Source of the DNA: an uncultured Gammaproteobacteria bacterium
GTDB taxonomy: Bacteria; Patescibacteriota; Microgenomatia; Levybacterales; UBA12049
DNA: 64,000 nucleotides
Reading direction: 5' to 3'
Assembly (NCBI GenBank): GCA_964416445.1
Contig: CAYQEE010000010.1
Coordinates: forward strand, 1,136 to 65,135
The notes under the pieces are model-generated. The model was not told the origin of the DNA and did no database searches. It was given only the letters and a program-made list of their open reading frames with translations. Shown here piece by piece: positions 19,603 through 29,410 of this stretch (the first letter of the stretch is position 1; every line of letters begins with the position of its first letter). The position numbers and the translations under genes are program-made.

Positions 19603-20042
19603 AGTTTTTTAGATATTATACGTAGCGATTAATTGGAAGAAATTGTTATAAGAATTACCAAGAGAGCGAGCACCGATATGAGGTGTATTATTCTGAAATA
19701 TTCTTATACAAGAATAGTCGTTTATCATAAATTTATATCCTATATATTTAATACTCTGTTAAGGACAATTTATTCTAACCGGAGTATAATATAATTATAG
19801 GCCTATGTCAAGAGCCTTTATTGAGGCTAAATATAACGTGCGGCCCATACTAATTTCTCATTTTCATCTAATAAATATAATATTTTAGTTGACCATCCAA
19901 AAATGACTACAGTTTATTTTGTCTTATAATATTTAATATAGTTATCTCATTACACAACAATGAAAATGTTCATTTTCTGTTCATTTTTTTCAGGTAGAGT
20001 TGCTTGCATCATTCGTTTTCGAACCAATGATATACTATTCGT

Positions 20043-20717
20043 ATGAGAATTCTTGTTGTTGAGGATGAAAAAATGCTTGCTCAGAGTATAAAGACAGGCC
20101 TTGTTGATGAGAAATTTGCTGTCGATGTTGTTCACGATGGACAGGAGGCATATGATCTCGCTTCATCTGAGGAATATGATGCAATTATTCTTGACCGCAT
20201 GTTGCCAGGTATGGATGGGATAACAATCTGCCAGAAACTACGAAAGAATGCGGTGATAACCCCGATTCTCATATTAACTGCAAAAGATACCGTTGAAGAT
20301 AAAATAGCAGGATTAGATAGTGGAGCTGACGACTATTTAGTCAAACCATTTTCCTTTGAGGAGCTCTTAGCAAGAGTTCGTTCACTGATTCGACGTACAA
20401 ACATTGTGACGAAGAGTACGGTGCTCAAAATTGATTCTCTTGAGCTTGATACCGCTTCCCATATTGTCAAACGGGCAAAGAAAGAAATTTCCTTAACAGG
20501 AAAAGAGTATGCGCTTCTTGAGTTTTTTATGTATCATCCGCAACAAATTCTCACGAGAGAAAAAATTCTGAGTCACGTTTGGGATTACTCGTATGATTCC
20601 TTCAGTAATGTTGTTGATGTACTCGTAAAGCGAATACGAAATAAAATTGATAGTGATTTCCCTGAGGAAAAGCAATTATTTACAACAATACGTGGTTTAG
20701 GATATAAGTTAGGTTAG
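20043..20717 (+). CDS. OmpR-family response regulator
   Basis: REC (MRILVVEDE...LDRMLPGMDG) plus winged-helix trans_reg_C (LTGKEYALLEFF...RGLGYKL). 224 aa. Confidence 0.85.
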   Translation: MRILVVEDEKMLAQSIKTGLVDEKFAVDVVHDGQEAYDLASSEEYDAIILDRMLPGMDGITICQKLRKNAVITPILILTAKDTVEDKIAGLDSGADDYLVKPFSFEELLARVRSLIRRTNIVTKSTVLKIDSLELDTASHIVKRAKKEISLTGKEYALLEFFMYHPQQILTREKILSHVWDYSYDSFSNVVDVLVKRIRNKIDSDFPEEKQLFTTIRGLGYKLG

Positions 20718-20719
20718 GG

Positions 20720-21736
20720 ATGAATACCTTACAGACACAAACTTCTTTCTCGCAGGCTCGAATCATTCTTACTGCGTGGTATTGTGTAACGCTTGCCATT
20801 ATTCTATTTGTCTTTTCAATTGCACTGTATAGTTCACAGTCAAAAGATTTTGTTCGTATTGTTTTGTTACAAGATTTTGGTAATCATACACCTCGGACAT
20901 TGACTCGGGTAGAGCGAAACGAAGTCCTTCAGCAAATTCAAGCACTACGGCAGACTACACGAGTGAGTTTACTTACTATTGATGCAATTGTCATGGTACT
21001 TGGGGCAGGACTTAGTTTTTTCCTTGCTGGTAAAACGTTGGAACCTATTGGTGTTATGCTCGAAAAGCAGACCCAATTTCTTGCAGACGCTTCTCATGAG
21101 CTTCGCACTCCCCTTTCAGCATTGCAAACCAGTACTGAAGTTGCCTTACGTTCTCAGCGTTCGAATGAAGAATATAAAGGAGTTATTACTGATGTTCATG
21201 CAGAAATTGTACGACTGGGGAAAATTGTTAATGATCTTTTATACCTTTCTCGTGCAGATAGTCAAGCAATATCGATTACGTTGAAACCAGTTGATTTAGC
21301 ACCTCTTATTCAGGAAACGCTTCAGAGTTTGGATCCGTTTATAAAGAAAAAAGCACTCCAAGTAAAAACAGACGTTGCAGAAAGCGTCGTTATTCTGGGC
21401 GACGAGGATAAGCTCAAACAACTTATTTTAATTTTCCTTGATAATGCAATAAAGTATACGCAAAGTGGTGGTACGATAACAGTACAGCTGAGCAAGAAAC
21501 CAAAGCCGATACTAACGATTATGGATACGGGGCTAGGATTGGATCAGAAAGAAATCAAACAACTCTTTCAACGATTTTATCGATCTGATCGGTCTCGTTC
21601 AACATCAGGTGTCGGACTTGGCCTTTCTATTGCAAAATCAATTATTGAACTGCATAATGCGAAAATTCTCGTAAAAAGTACTCCACAAAAAGGAAGTACC
21701 TTCGCTATTATTTTTCCGATAAATCCTGTACACTAA
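20720..21736 (+). CDS. Membrane sensor histidine kinase (HisKA + HATPase_c)
   Basis: Two TM segments. H-box ASHELRTPLSAL. N/G boxes DNAIKYT and GLGLSIAK. 338 aa. Operonic with the OmpR regulator. Confidence 0.85.
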   Translation: MNTLQTQTSFSQARIILTAWYCVTLAIILFVFSIALYSSQSKDFVRIVLLQDFGNHTPRTLTRVERNEVLQQIQALRQTTRVSLLTIDAIVMVLGAGLSFFLAGKTLEPIGVMLEKQTQFLADASHELRTPLSALQTSTEVALRSQRSNEEYKGVITDVHAEIVRLGKIVNDLLYLSRADSQAISITLKPVDLAPLIQETLQSLDPFIKKKALQVKTDVAESVVILGDEDKLKQLILIFLDNAIKYTQSGGTITVQLSKKPKPILTIMDTGLGLDQKEIKQLFQRFYRSDRSRSTSGVGLGLSIAKSIIELHNAKILVKSTPQKGSTFAIIFPINPVH

Positions 21737-21755
21737 AGGTATTCGTATAGATGTA

Positions 21756-22184
21756 TTGAATACTATGAAAGTAATTATTGAGTCTCCTTCATGCTTCTTT
21801 CTCCGATTTGATCGTGATGAGGAAGTTATCCAAGGAATCAAGAAATTTTGTCAAGAAAAACAAATCCTTGCGGGGACATTTACGATCATTGGTGCAGCAA
21901 AGGAAATACTACTCGCTTATTATGAATTAAAATCAAAAACATATACGGATATGCGGCTTGAAGAAGATGTTGAAATAACAGGAGTAACAGGAAATATTGC
22001 TACCATGGAAAAGGAGATCGTGATTCATGCGCATGGAACATTTTCTGATGAATTGTTTCGCACGTATGGAGGCCATGTAAAAAAACTTATTATTTCTGCG
22101 ACTGGAGAAGTAGCAATTACCGTACTGCAAGGGCCAATGCAAAGAAAATTTGATAAAAAAACAGGGCTCAACTTATTCGTATAA
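21756..22184 (+). CDS. PPC/DUF296 domain protein
   Basis: Pattern EVIQGIKKF...ILAGTFTIIGAAKEI...HAHGTF...GGHVKK matches the PPC (DUF296) fold. 142 aa. Confidence 0.55.
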   Translation: MNTMKVIIESPSCFFLRFDRDEEVIQGIKKFCQEKQILAGTFTIIGAAKEILLAYYELKSKTYTDMRLEEDVEITGVTGNIATMEKEIVIHAHGTFSDELFRTYGGHVKKLIISATGEVAITVLQGPMQRKFDKKTGLNLFV

Positions 22185-22228
22185 GACGCGTACCTTCATA
22201 CCAGCAGTACCCTCATGATGACAATACG

Positions 22229-23872
22229 TTATGCTGCTCTCAGCATTTTTTCATACGAAAACTTTTGTGCTAAAACACTTCGTGAAATCTCATTTACCGT
22301 TTCATAAAATTTGTTTCTACTCTCAGACAAAGCAAAAGGAATATGGATAATTTTCTTTTTTCCATCAGAGGTTGTATGCTCAATGATCCATACTTTCACG
22401 CCTCGTTTCAAATCTGCACTGGAAACGACTTGGTGAGTACCGGGTATCATATTCTTTCTATCGCCTACATACCCAATGCCGAAGAAAACTTTATTTGCCA
22501 GCATGCGGTGACTAAGTTCTTCTCCTACTCGTGAGCGGTTTATTACTCCACCATCATCGTTTATTATTATGTTCATTTCATTGACTCGTTTTACACTACT
22601 GATGTGATATCGTCTTCGACGATCACCCCACATCCTGTTTCGAATATGGTCTGCAATCTCGTACAGCTGCCTTTCTTGTTCTTCGGTACGTAACTGGTTA
22701 TGGAGCACTTGTGCTACATGTATATTTCGTTGTTTTTTTTGTTCAGCTGTTCGAACGGATGTTGTACTAAAGTCTCGTTTTTCTGAGATAAGTGGTGTTG
22801 GTTTTCCAGGTTCCCGTTGTTTTGCTCGTTCTTTTTTTGCTCTTTTGAGATGGGATGCATGAGTATCCCATTGACGCAGAGAACCTCCCGACGCAAATGT
22901 CTCGCGATCTCTTTGGAAGAGGTAGTCTTTATCCATTTTTGTGAGTTTTCGATTATGTATATAAAAGGGAATATGATCATGATGAGAAAGCCATCGTCTC
23001 AGCCCTTTTGCATTTCTGTTGAATGCATGTGCCAAAAAGGGAACTAGTGTGGCTTGTTCAATAAATCGGGCAGGTGTTTGGAGAATTGTTGTTGGGGCAA
23101 CCTGATTTTCGGCTGCTGAGATATACGGAAAGAGAGCATGGATTCCTTCTGGGTGCGTGATGGGCACCGCTTGTGCTTGTGCATGAGAATTTCTCACAAT
23201 ATACGCTTTAATTCCTTGTGTTTGGTTGGGAGAAATCGTGCCTCTGAGGTCTATCGGAATTTGATTTACGCTCACATAGCCAATACCTATCACGATCTCT
23301 TCAGTTTTTTTGATCACCGCGTTTGCTGATACTGTCAAAACATCTGCTTTATTCGTCATGGTAGGGTGACTCAAGTGGTCGTAGCTGACTTTTATTCCTG
23401 TCAATGAACGATTCGTATAACTTCCATCGTCGTTAAGATTGACCACAGGTTCGTACACTCGTGAAATTTTTGGAGTTACTTGCCAATGGTCATATTCGCG
23501 CTTCATCGATGTCGTACCGGCATCAATAAAAGCTCCTGCATCAAGAACTTCTCCTAATTTTTCCCAAAATCCTTTTTTGTGTGCAGCGTGCACATTTCGG
23601 TGCGTTACTTGTTTCGTCCATTGATACTTTATTTCCTCTGCAATTTGTGGAATGGGAGTTGTTTGCAGTTCTTGATCAAGCAATGAACAGGCTTCCCTGC
23701 CGAGCGCTGATTCTCGGTTGGGCTTGTTATTCTGGATTCGTTGTTCCTTCAGACGACGCCTAGCCACCAAGGTCCCTTTTATTTGCGCAGCTAAGGTTGT
23801 TGCTGTTTCAGTAACCCGATTACTCTGCATCGAAATATGTCGCAGTCTTGTTCCCAATTCAGTGCGTGGCAT
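22229..23872 (-). CDS. Large hypothetical protein (547 aa) with an internal duplication and a highly basic centre
   Basis: Only long ORF in the region. Repeated segments NDDGSYTNRSLTG...GIGYVSVNQIP and NDDGGVINRSRVG...GIGYVGDRKNMIP. A central K/R/Q/E-rich stretch. Visibly higher G+C and different codon texture from the flanking genes. Confidence 0.6.
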   Translation of the reverse strand: MPRTELGTRLRHISMQSNRVTETATTLAAQIKGTLVARRRLKEQRIQNNKPNRESALGREACSLLDQELQTTPIPQIAEEIKYQWTKQVTHRNVHAAHKKGFWEKLGEVLDAGAFIDAGTTSMKREYDHWQVTPKISRVYEPVVNLNDDGSYTNRSLTGIKVSYDHLSHPTMTNKADVLTVSANAVIKKTEEIVIGIGYVSVNQIPIDLRGTISPNQTQGIKAYIVRNSHAQAQAVPITHPEGIHALFPYISAAENQVAPTTILQTPARFIEQATLVPFLAHAFNRNAKGLRRWLSHHDHIPFYIHNRKLTKMDKDYLFQRDRETFASGGSLRQWDTHASHLKRAKKERAKQREPGKPTPLISEKRDFSTTSVRTAEQKKQRNIHVAQVLHNQLRTEEQERQLYEIADHIRNRMWGDRRRRYHISSVKRVNEMNIIINDDGGVINRSRVGEELSHRMLANKVFFGIGYVGDRKNMIPGTHQVVSSADLKRGVKVWIIEHTTSDGKKKIIHIPFALSESRNKFYETVNEISRSVLAQKFSYEKMLRAA

Positions 23873-23949
23873 AAAGTGTCTTATCGTAACATAGTCTCAG
23901 GGGAGCGTCAACTATAAGCTATTTTTAGATTCGGAAATACGATGGATTC

Positions 23950-24105
23950 GCAAAAAGGAATGAAGGCAACTTGGGAGAAAAAACGGTAGAAAATAAGAAA
24001 ACAAAAAAAACAAGAAAAATGTAAATGACAGTAGAGAAATAAAAATGGAAGCAAAAACGGAAAAGTACACATAAGACAATAAGCACTACAGAGAGCGAGG
24101 GTAAT
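23950..24105. repeat. Polypurine/polypyrimidine tract (~150 nt) upstream of the 547-aa gene
   Basis: The plus strand is almost exclusively A/G (aaaataagaaaacaaaaaaaacaagaaaaatg...ggaagcaaaaacggaaaag...agagagcgaggg). Confidence 0.7.
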
Positions 24106-24202
24106 CATGGTTCTCAAAGATGATAATAACAAATAGTTTCCTCTTTCTCTAGAGATCGCTTATCATTTCCAAAATTTTTCCTTATTTAGCTTCAATTTTG
24201 TC

Positions 24203-24247
24203 CAAAAAATGTCTCATTCTGGATGAGACACCCATGAGACTTTTTTT
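24203..24247. terminator. Bidirectional intrinsic terminator (recG 3' end)
   Basis: Perfect 7-bp hairpin GTCTCAT-tctgg-ATGAGAC (24211-24229) flanked by A7/T7 runs on both sides. A second ATGAGAC copy at 24234-24240 sits directly before T7. Confidence 0.6.
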
Positions 24248-24357
24248 ACGTGTTATTTTCGTATTTTAATCAGCTTTTTCCACAAGTTATTTTTTTCTCT
24301 CTAAGTAAAAATGAGGAAAAAAAGAATAAAACAGACGATAGGAAGGGAAAAAGAGCA

Positions 24358-26394
24358 TCAATCAGGACTTACCTGCTTTACGTTTATTTCTTGTATTTTT
24401 TTTGCTAAACGTGGATAGTCCTCAAGAAATGGAATAATTTTTTCCGCTTCCTTTTTGGCTTTTTCTATAAGACTAAAGTCAGAAAAAGATGCAATTTTTA
24501 ACATATTTTGTCCACTTTGCAGTGTTCCATAGATTTCTCCCGGTCCTCGCAACTGTAAATCGAGTTCAGCAAGTTCACTGCCGACATGCATCGTTTCCAT
24601 AGCGGCAAGTCGTTTTTTCGTTTGTGGACTTTGTGATTCGGTAAATAGTAAACAATACGATTGCTTATCTCCTCTCCCTACTCTCCCTCTGAGCTGATGA
24701 AGTTGGGCAAGTCCAAAACGTTCGGCTGCTTCAATAACAATAATAGTAGCATTAGGAATATCTATACCCACTTCAACAACAGGTGTCGCAATCAGAATGT
24801 CAATTTTCTTATCCCGAAAAGCTTGTAACACCGCATCTTTCTCTTTTGGTTTCATTTTTCCGTGAAGTAATCCAAGCGTCAGATTAGGGAACACTTCCCG
24901 TTGTAACCGTTCATACTCTTTTGAGGCAGCCTTAATAGTTACCATACTTTCTGATTCTTCAATAAACGGACAAACAATAAATGCTTGATCACCTTCCTTT
25001 ATTTTTTCTTCAATCCAATGATATCCATTTTCTCTTTTTTCATTGGGAACAAGCCACGTTTTAATTCGTTTTCTTCCCCTGGGCATTTCATCTAAAACTG
25101 ATAAATCTAAATCTCCATACAAGGTTAACGCAACGGTTCGAGGAATTGGCGTTGCGGTCATCGTGAGTACATGAGGATTATCCCCCTTTTGTCGAAGGAT
25201 TGCGCGCTGTTCAACACCAAATCGTTGCTGTTCATCAATGGCAATAAACCCTAATTTCTGAAACACTATTTTTTGCGATAACACTGCGTGAGTTCCCACC
25301 AGAATATCAAAATCATTTGATTTTGGTTTTTTATTTCCTGTAGCAAGTTCGATACGGACACCAAAAGGACTCAACATTTTTGAAGTCGTTGTAAAATGTT
25401 GTTCAGCCAAAATTTCTGTTGGTGCAGCAAGTACCGATTGGAATCCATTTAAATACGCTAAATACATACCAATAGCCGAGACGACTGTTTTTCCACTTCC
25501 TACATCGCCCTGCAATAATCGGTTCATTGGTTGCGTTTTCGCAAGATCAGCAAAAATATCAGTTACTGCTTTTTTTTGTGCTCCGGTTAATACAAACGGT
25601 AATTTTTCCCAGAACTGAGCAATTTCATTTTTATATTGGTCAATTGCGTACGCATGACCGAGTAATTTTTTACTCCATTCTTGTTTCCGAACTGAACTGG
25701 CAAGTTGCAGGAGAAAAATTTCATCAAATGATAGCCTTTCTTTTGCCTTTAAAGCATGATTAAGTGTTTTTGGAAAATGAATTTGCTCAATGGCTGATTG
25801 ATAATCCATAAGTTGATGATTTATAATAATTGAGGACGGTAAGTGTTCTGTAAGATTTTCTTTGTTTTCCTGGATAATTCGATAAGTTTGCCGGCGAATC
25901 CATTTTGATGAAACTCCCTTTGTCTCATGATAAATTGGAACAAGTCTTCCCGTATGAATTGATTCTCGAGGTTTTTCGACTCCTTCAGAAGTTTGAATAA
26001 TTTCGTACTCTGGCGAATAGAGTATCAAACGATTTTTATTTTGTTCTACCCTCCCTGATAGCGAAATAATTTCACCTGCATGAATCATTTTTGTTAGATA
26101 TATTTGGTTGAACCAGATAACATCAATTTCTCCAGTACTATCAGCAATTTTGGCCTGTTGTAGTTTTTTATATCGTTTTGTGAAAATATTTTTGATCTCC
26201 AAAACTTTTCCGTGAATGGTTACCACTTCCCCAGCTTGCAGCGTCCCAATGGGTGAAATTAAAGTGTAGTCCTCATACCGTGTGGGAATAAAATACAGGA
26301 AATCTTCGAGTGTTTTAATATTCAATTTTTCGAGGCGTGATGCATATAATTTTAATGCTCTCCCTCCATCTCGCACTGATATGTGTAAGCTCAT
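24358..26394 (-). CDS. recG: ATP-dependent DNA helicase RecG
   Basis: Wedge/OB N-terminus. Walker A GDVGSGKT. DEQQRFGV DExH box. TATPIPRT motif. 678 aa. Confidence 0.9.
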   Translation of the reverse strand: MSLHISVRDGGRALKLYASRLEKLNIKTLEDFLYFIPTRYEDYTLISPIGTLQAGEVVTIHGKVLEIKNIFTKRYKKLQQAKIADSTGEIDVIWFNQIYLTKMIHAGEIISLSGRVEQNKNRLILYSPEYEIIQTSEGVEKPRESIHTGRLVPIYHETKGVSSKWIRRQTYRIIQENKENLTEHLPSSIIINHQLMDYQSAIEQIHFPKTLNHALKAKERLSFDEIFLLQLASSVRKQEWSKKLLGHAYAIDQYKNEIAQFWEKLPFVLTGAQKKAVTDIFADLAKTQPMNRLLQGDVGSGKTVVSAIGMYLAYLNGFQSVLAAPTEILAEQHFTTTSKMLSPFGVRIELATGNKKPKSNDFDILVGTHAVLSQKIVFQKLGFIAIDEQQRFGVEQRAILRQKGDNPHVLTMTATPIPRTVALTLYGDLDLSVLDEMPRGRKRIKTWLVPNEKRENGYHWIEEKIKEGDQAFIVCPFIEESESMVTIKAASKEYERLQREVFPNLTLGLLHGKMKPKEKDAVLQAFRDKKIDILIATPVVEVGIDIPNATIIVIEAAERFGLAQLHQLRGRVGRGDKQSYCLLFTESQSPQTKKRLAAMETMHVGSELAELDLQLRGPGEIYGTLQSGQNMLKIASFSDFSLIEKAKKEAEKIIPFLEDYPRLAKKIQEINVKQVSPD

Positions 26395-26576
26395 AACTAT
26401 TAATTGATTATACTCAGTTCTATGGGATTGTCTAGGTTAGTTGCCATTACCGAGCGTGGAAATATAGGGAAGAATTGATGCGGCAATTAACGCTAGGCTC
26501 GCAATCGCGACAATTACTTTCCAAATATTTTGGTGTTTTCGAAACATTTCCATAGCAGTATTATACAAAAAAAAAC

Positions 26577-28127
26577 TTAATGCCAAAAGGCCCGTCGTCC
26601 AGTAAATACCATAGGTATTCCTGCTTTATCTGCTTCTGCAATAGAATCGTGATCTCTAATTGATCCGCCTTGCTGAATAATTGCGCCAATCTCATTTTGT
26701 GCGGCAAGTTTTACCGAATCACTGAACGGAAAGAAACTATCGCTTGCGAGAATACCGCCTTTTGTATACTGACCTGCTTGTTCTAAAGCAATTTTCGTTG
26801 CTCTAACACGTGATGTTTGTCCAGAGCCAATACCTCGAGTCATAGGCAGTTTTGCATCAACAACAATAACGGAATTTGATTTAATTCGAGAAATAAATTT
26901 CCAAGCATTTTGCATTTGTCTCATTTGCAATGCTGTAGGTTGAGTTTTTGTAACAATTTTCCATTCAGTAAATACGTGATCAATATCGGTATCGGCTGTT
27001 TGCAAAATAAAACCACCATCAATCCATTTGATATTCATCGGATCAACAATTTTGGGAAGCGGTCCAACGGTGTAAATTCCCATTGATTTTCGTAATGCTT
27101 GTAAATAATCTAAGCTATCTGTATCTATCTCTGGTGCTGCAACAATATCAATATTTCCTCGACGTTCGTCTTTGAATGCGCCAATCACTTTTGCTGTTTT
27201 ACTGTCAATAGCACTATTGAGAACAATAATACCCCCAAAAGCTGATTCAGGATCAGCCTCTATTGCAAGGCGCAATGCCTCATCAGGCGTCTTTCCTAGT
27301 GCAATACCTGATGGGCTGTTATGTTTAATGACTACCGCTGCAGGTTCTTGAAAGATCCGAACGGATTCAATTCCTGCATTAATGTCTGTTACATTAATCA
27401 GCGATAAATCTCTCCCCCATTTTTTCTCAAGATGTTGTAGTGAAGAGTGAAATCCAGGTCGCGTATAGACTGCTGCCTTTTGATGAGGATTTTCTCCATA
27501 ACGCAAATCAATCAATTTCCTTCCCGGAAGTGTTATCTCAGAGGGAAATGATTCATGGGAAAGATAGTTTGCAATTTGTGCATCGTAAAAGGAGAGATGC
27601 TGAAACGCTTTTGCTGCTAACATTTTTCGAAATTCTAATGAAAGCGATTTACCCACAATTTCCTTTGATGCACGTTCATAATCATTTGGGTCAACAAGAA
27701 CGAGAACATGCGTAAAGTTTTTGGCAGCAGCTCGAACCATTGTTGGTCCGCCAACATCAATATTTTCAATAGCCTGTGCAAGATTCATGGACGCATTTTT
27801 AACTGTTTTTTCGAATGGGTACAAATTGCATACAACAATGTCGATTGGTTTTATTCGAAGATCTTGCGCCTGTTTAATGTGTGATTTATTTGTTCGATCA
27901 TAAAGTATGCCCGATTCTATTTGAAAGCTTATTGTTTTCATTCTTCCGTCAAAACTCTCAGGGTTTCCCGTAATGTCTTGAACAGGAACAAAGGTAATAC
28001 TATGTTCTTGCAATACTTTCGCTGTTCCTCCAGTGGAAATAATGGTGTACCCTGCTTTTTCAAGCGTTCGACTAAATTCTACAATACCTTGCTTGTTTGA
28101 AACGCTGACTAATGCGAATTTTTCCAT
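26577..28127 (-). CDS. purH: Bifunctional AICAR transformylase / IMP cyclohydrolase PurH
   Basis: MGS-like N-domain (ALVSVSNKQGIVEF...GGTAKVL...DGRMKT) and AICARFT C-domain. 516 aa. Confidence 0.85.
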   Translation of the reverse strand: MEKFALVSVSNKQGIVEFSRTLEKAGYTIISTGGTAKVLQEHSITFVPVQDITGNPESFDGRMKTISFQIESGILYDRTNKSHIKQAQDLRIKPIDIVVCNLYPFEKTVKNASMNLAQAIENIDVGGPTMVRAAAKNFTHVLVLVDPNDYERASKEIVGKSLSLEFRKMLAAKAFQHLSFYDAQIANYLSHESFPSEITLPGRKLIDLRYGENPHQKAAVYTRPGFHSSLQHLEKKWGRDLSLINVTDINAGIESVRIFQEPAAVVIKHNSPSGIALGKTPDEALRLAIEADPESAFGGIIVLNSAIDSKTAKVIGAFKDERRGNIDIVAAPEIDTDSLDYLQALRKSMGIYTVGPLPKIVDPMNIKWIDGGFILQTADTDIDHVFTEWKIVTKTQPTALQMRQMQNAWKFISRIKSNSVIVVDAKLPMTRGIGSGQTSRVRATKIALEQAGQYTKGGILASDSFFPFSDSVKLAAQNEIGAIIQQGGSIRDHDSIAEADKAGIPMVFTGRRAFWH

Positions 28128-28135
28128 AACGATTG

Positions 28136-29341
28136 TTATTCCTCAACAGTGACTTCGATAAATTTTCGTTTTCCTACTTTAATAACCACGGAATCTCCAA
28201 TAGTAATCTCTTTATTTGGTTCGGTAATTCGTTCGTTATCGATTTCCACTCCACCTTGTTCAATAAGTCGTTTTGCTTCTGACTTACTGCTTGCAAGGCC
28301 TGTTGCGACGAGTAATTCAGCAATAATGAATAAATCATTATTTTTTTTGACGAAAAATTTTGGTACATCTACAGGCGCTTCTTTCTTTTGAACAGTTCTT
28401 TCGAAAGCATCCTGTGCATGTATTGCTGTTTGTTCCCCATGAAGAAGTTGAATAATTTCAAAAGCCAGCTTTTTTTTGTATTGCATAGGATGCATACCTT
28501 CTTTTATTGCTTTTTCAATAATTTGAATTTTTTGTTGCGGTATCTCAGTTAAGTAAAGAAAACCTTTTATAATCACTGAGTCAGGAAGTGACATGATTTT
28601 TCCAAACAAGTCACTTGGCGTATCGGTAAGAGCAATGACATTTCCTTCAGTTTTTCCTATTTTTCGTCCTTCAGCATCTGTCAGAAGCGGAGTTGTAAGG
28701 ACAAATTTCTCTCGCCCTTGCATTTCTCTAATTAAAGTTCTTCCACAAAGCATATTAAACGTTTGATCAGTTCCTCCAATTTCAAGGTCCACTGACATAG
28801 CAACTGAATCATATCCTTGCAGGAGAGGATAAATAAATTCTCGAAGATTTACTGGTTCGTTATTCTTAATTCGCTCTTGAAATAAATCCCTTTCAATCAT
28901 TTGTTGTAATGTAAAATGACCAGCAATATCAAGAATATCTACGAGTTTTAATGAATTTAACCAGTCGCCGTTATAGAGAATTTTTATGGGATTTTCACCG
29001 TCAAAACGAACAATATTGCCTGCTTGTTTAACATAATCAGTTGCATTCTTTCGAAGTTGTTCTCGAGTAAAGAACGTTTCTCGAGATTTCGTTTTTCCTG
29101 AAGGATCACCTGCTTGTCCTGTTCCATCTCCAATGAGAAATATGACATGATGACCTAAATCCTGCCATTGTTTGAGTTTCATAAGGCCAACCATATGTCC
29201 TATGTGAAGTTGGGTTCCTGTAGGATCAAATCCCATGTAAAGTGTTAATTTTTTCCCACTACGAAGAACTTTTTCGAGCTCCTCTTTTGATGGATATATT
29301 TTATCGACACCTCGAGTAAGTAGTTCAGTAATTTTATCCAT
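28136..29341 (-). CDS. tyrS: Tyrosyl-tRNA synthetase
   Basis: Class I HIGH motif (LHIGHMVG), KMSKS-like KIGKT, C-terminal S4 domain. 401 aa. Confidence 0.85.
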   Translation of the reverse strand: MDKITELLTRGVDKIYPSKEELEKVLRSGKKLTLYMGFDPTGTQLHIGHMVGLMKLKQWQDLGHHVIFLIGDGTGQAGDPSGKTKSRETFFTREQLRKNATDYVKQAGNIVRFDGENPIKILYNGDWLNSLKLVDILDIAGHFTLQQMIERDLFQERIKNNEPVNLREFIYPLLQGYDSVAMSVDLEIGGTDQTFNMLCGRTLIREMQGREKFVLTTPLLTDAEGRKIGKTEGNVIALTDTPSDLFGKIMSLPDSVIIKGFLYLTEIPQQKIQIIEKAIKEGMHPMQYKKKLAFEIIQLLHGEQTAIHAQDAFERTVQKKEAPVDVPKFFVKKNNDLFIIAELLVATGLASSKSEAKRLIEQGGVEIDNERITEPNKEITIGDSVVIKVGKRKFIEVTVEE

Positions 29342-29410
29342 TTTACCTTCATGAGTATATCATTTTACTTGGCAATTTTCATCTCTGCGGAAAAATACGT
29401 CGATATCATG

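Noticed and set aside
19880-19930. TTGACC...TATAAT promoter in the speH/OmpR divergent region
   Set aside because: The spacer between the two hexamers is about 30 nt, too long for a functional sigma70 promoter.
22229-23872. LAGLIDADG homing endonuclease or relaxase identity for the 547-aa protein
   Set aside because: The NDDG(S/G) repeats resemble LAGLIDADG only superficially and are about 300 aa apart. The HHDH cluster does not match relaxase HxH motifs. Left as hypothetical.
23908-24132. 74-aa ORF on the minus strand
   Set aside because: It is the translation of the polypyrimidine strand of a low-complexity polypurine tract (Phe/Leu/Cys-rich), so it is unlikely to be coding.
29351-29410. 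Upstream start of the beta-helix protein
   Set aside because: The ATG at 29411 immediately precedes the hydrophobic signal or anchor. The upstream part overlaps the divergent tyrS promoter region.
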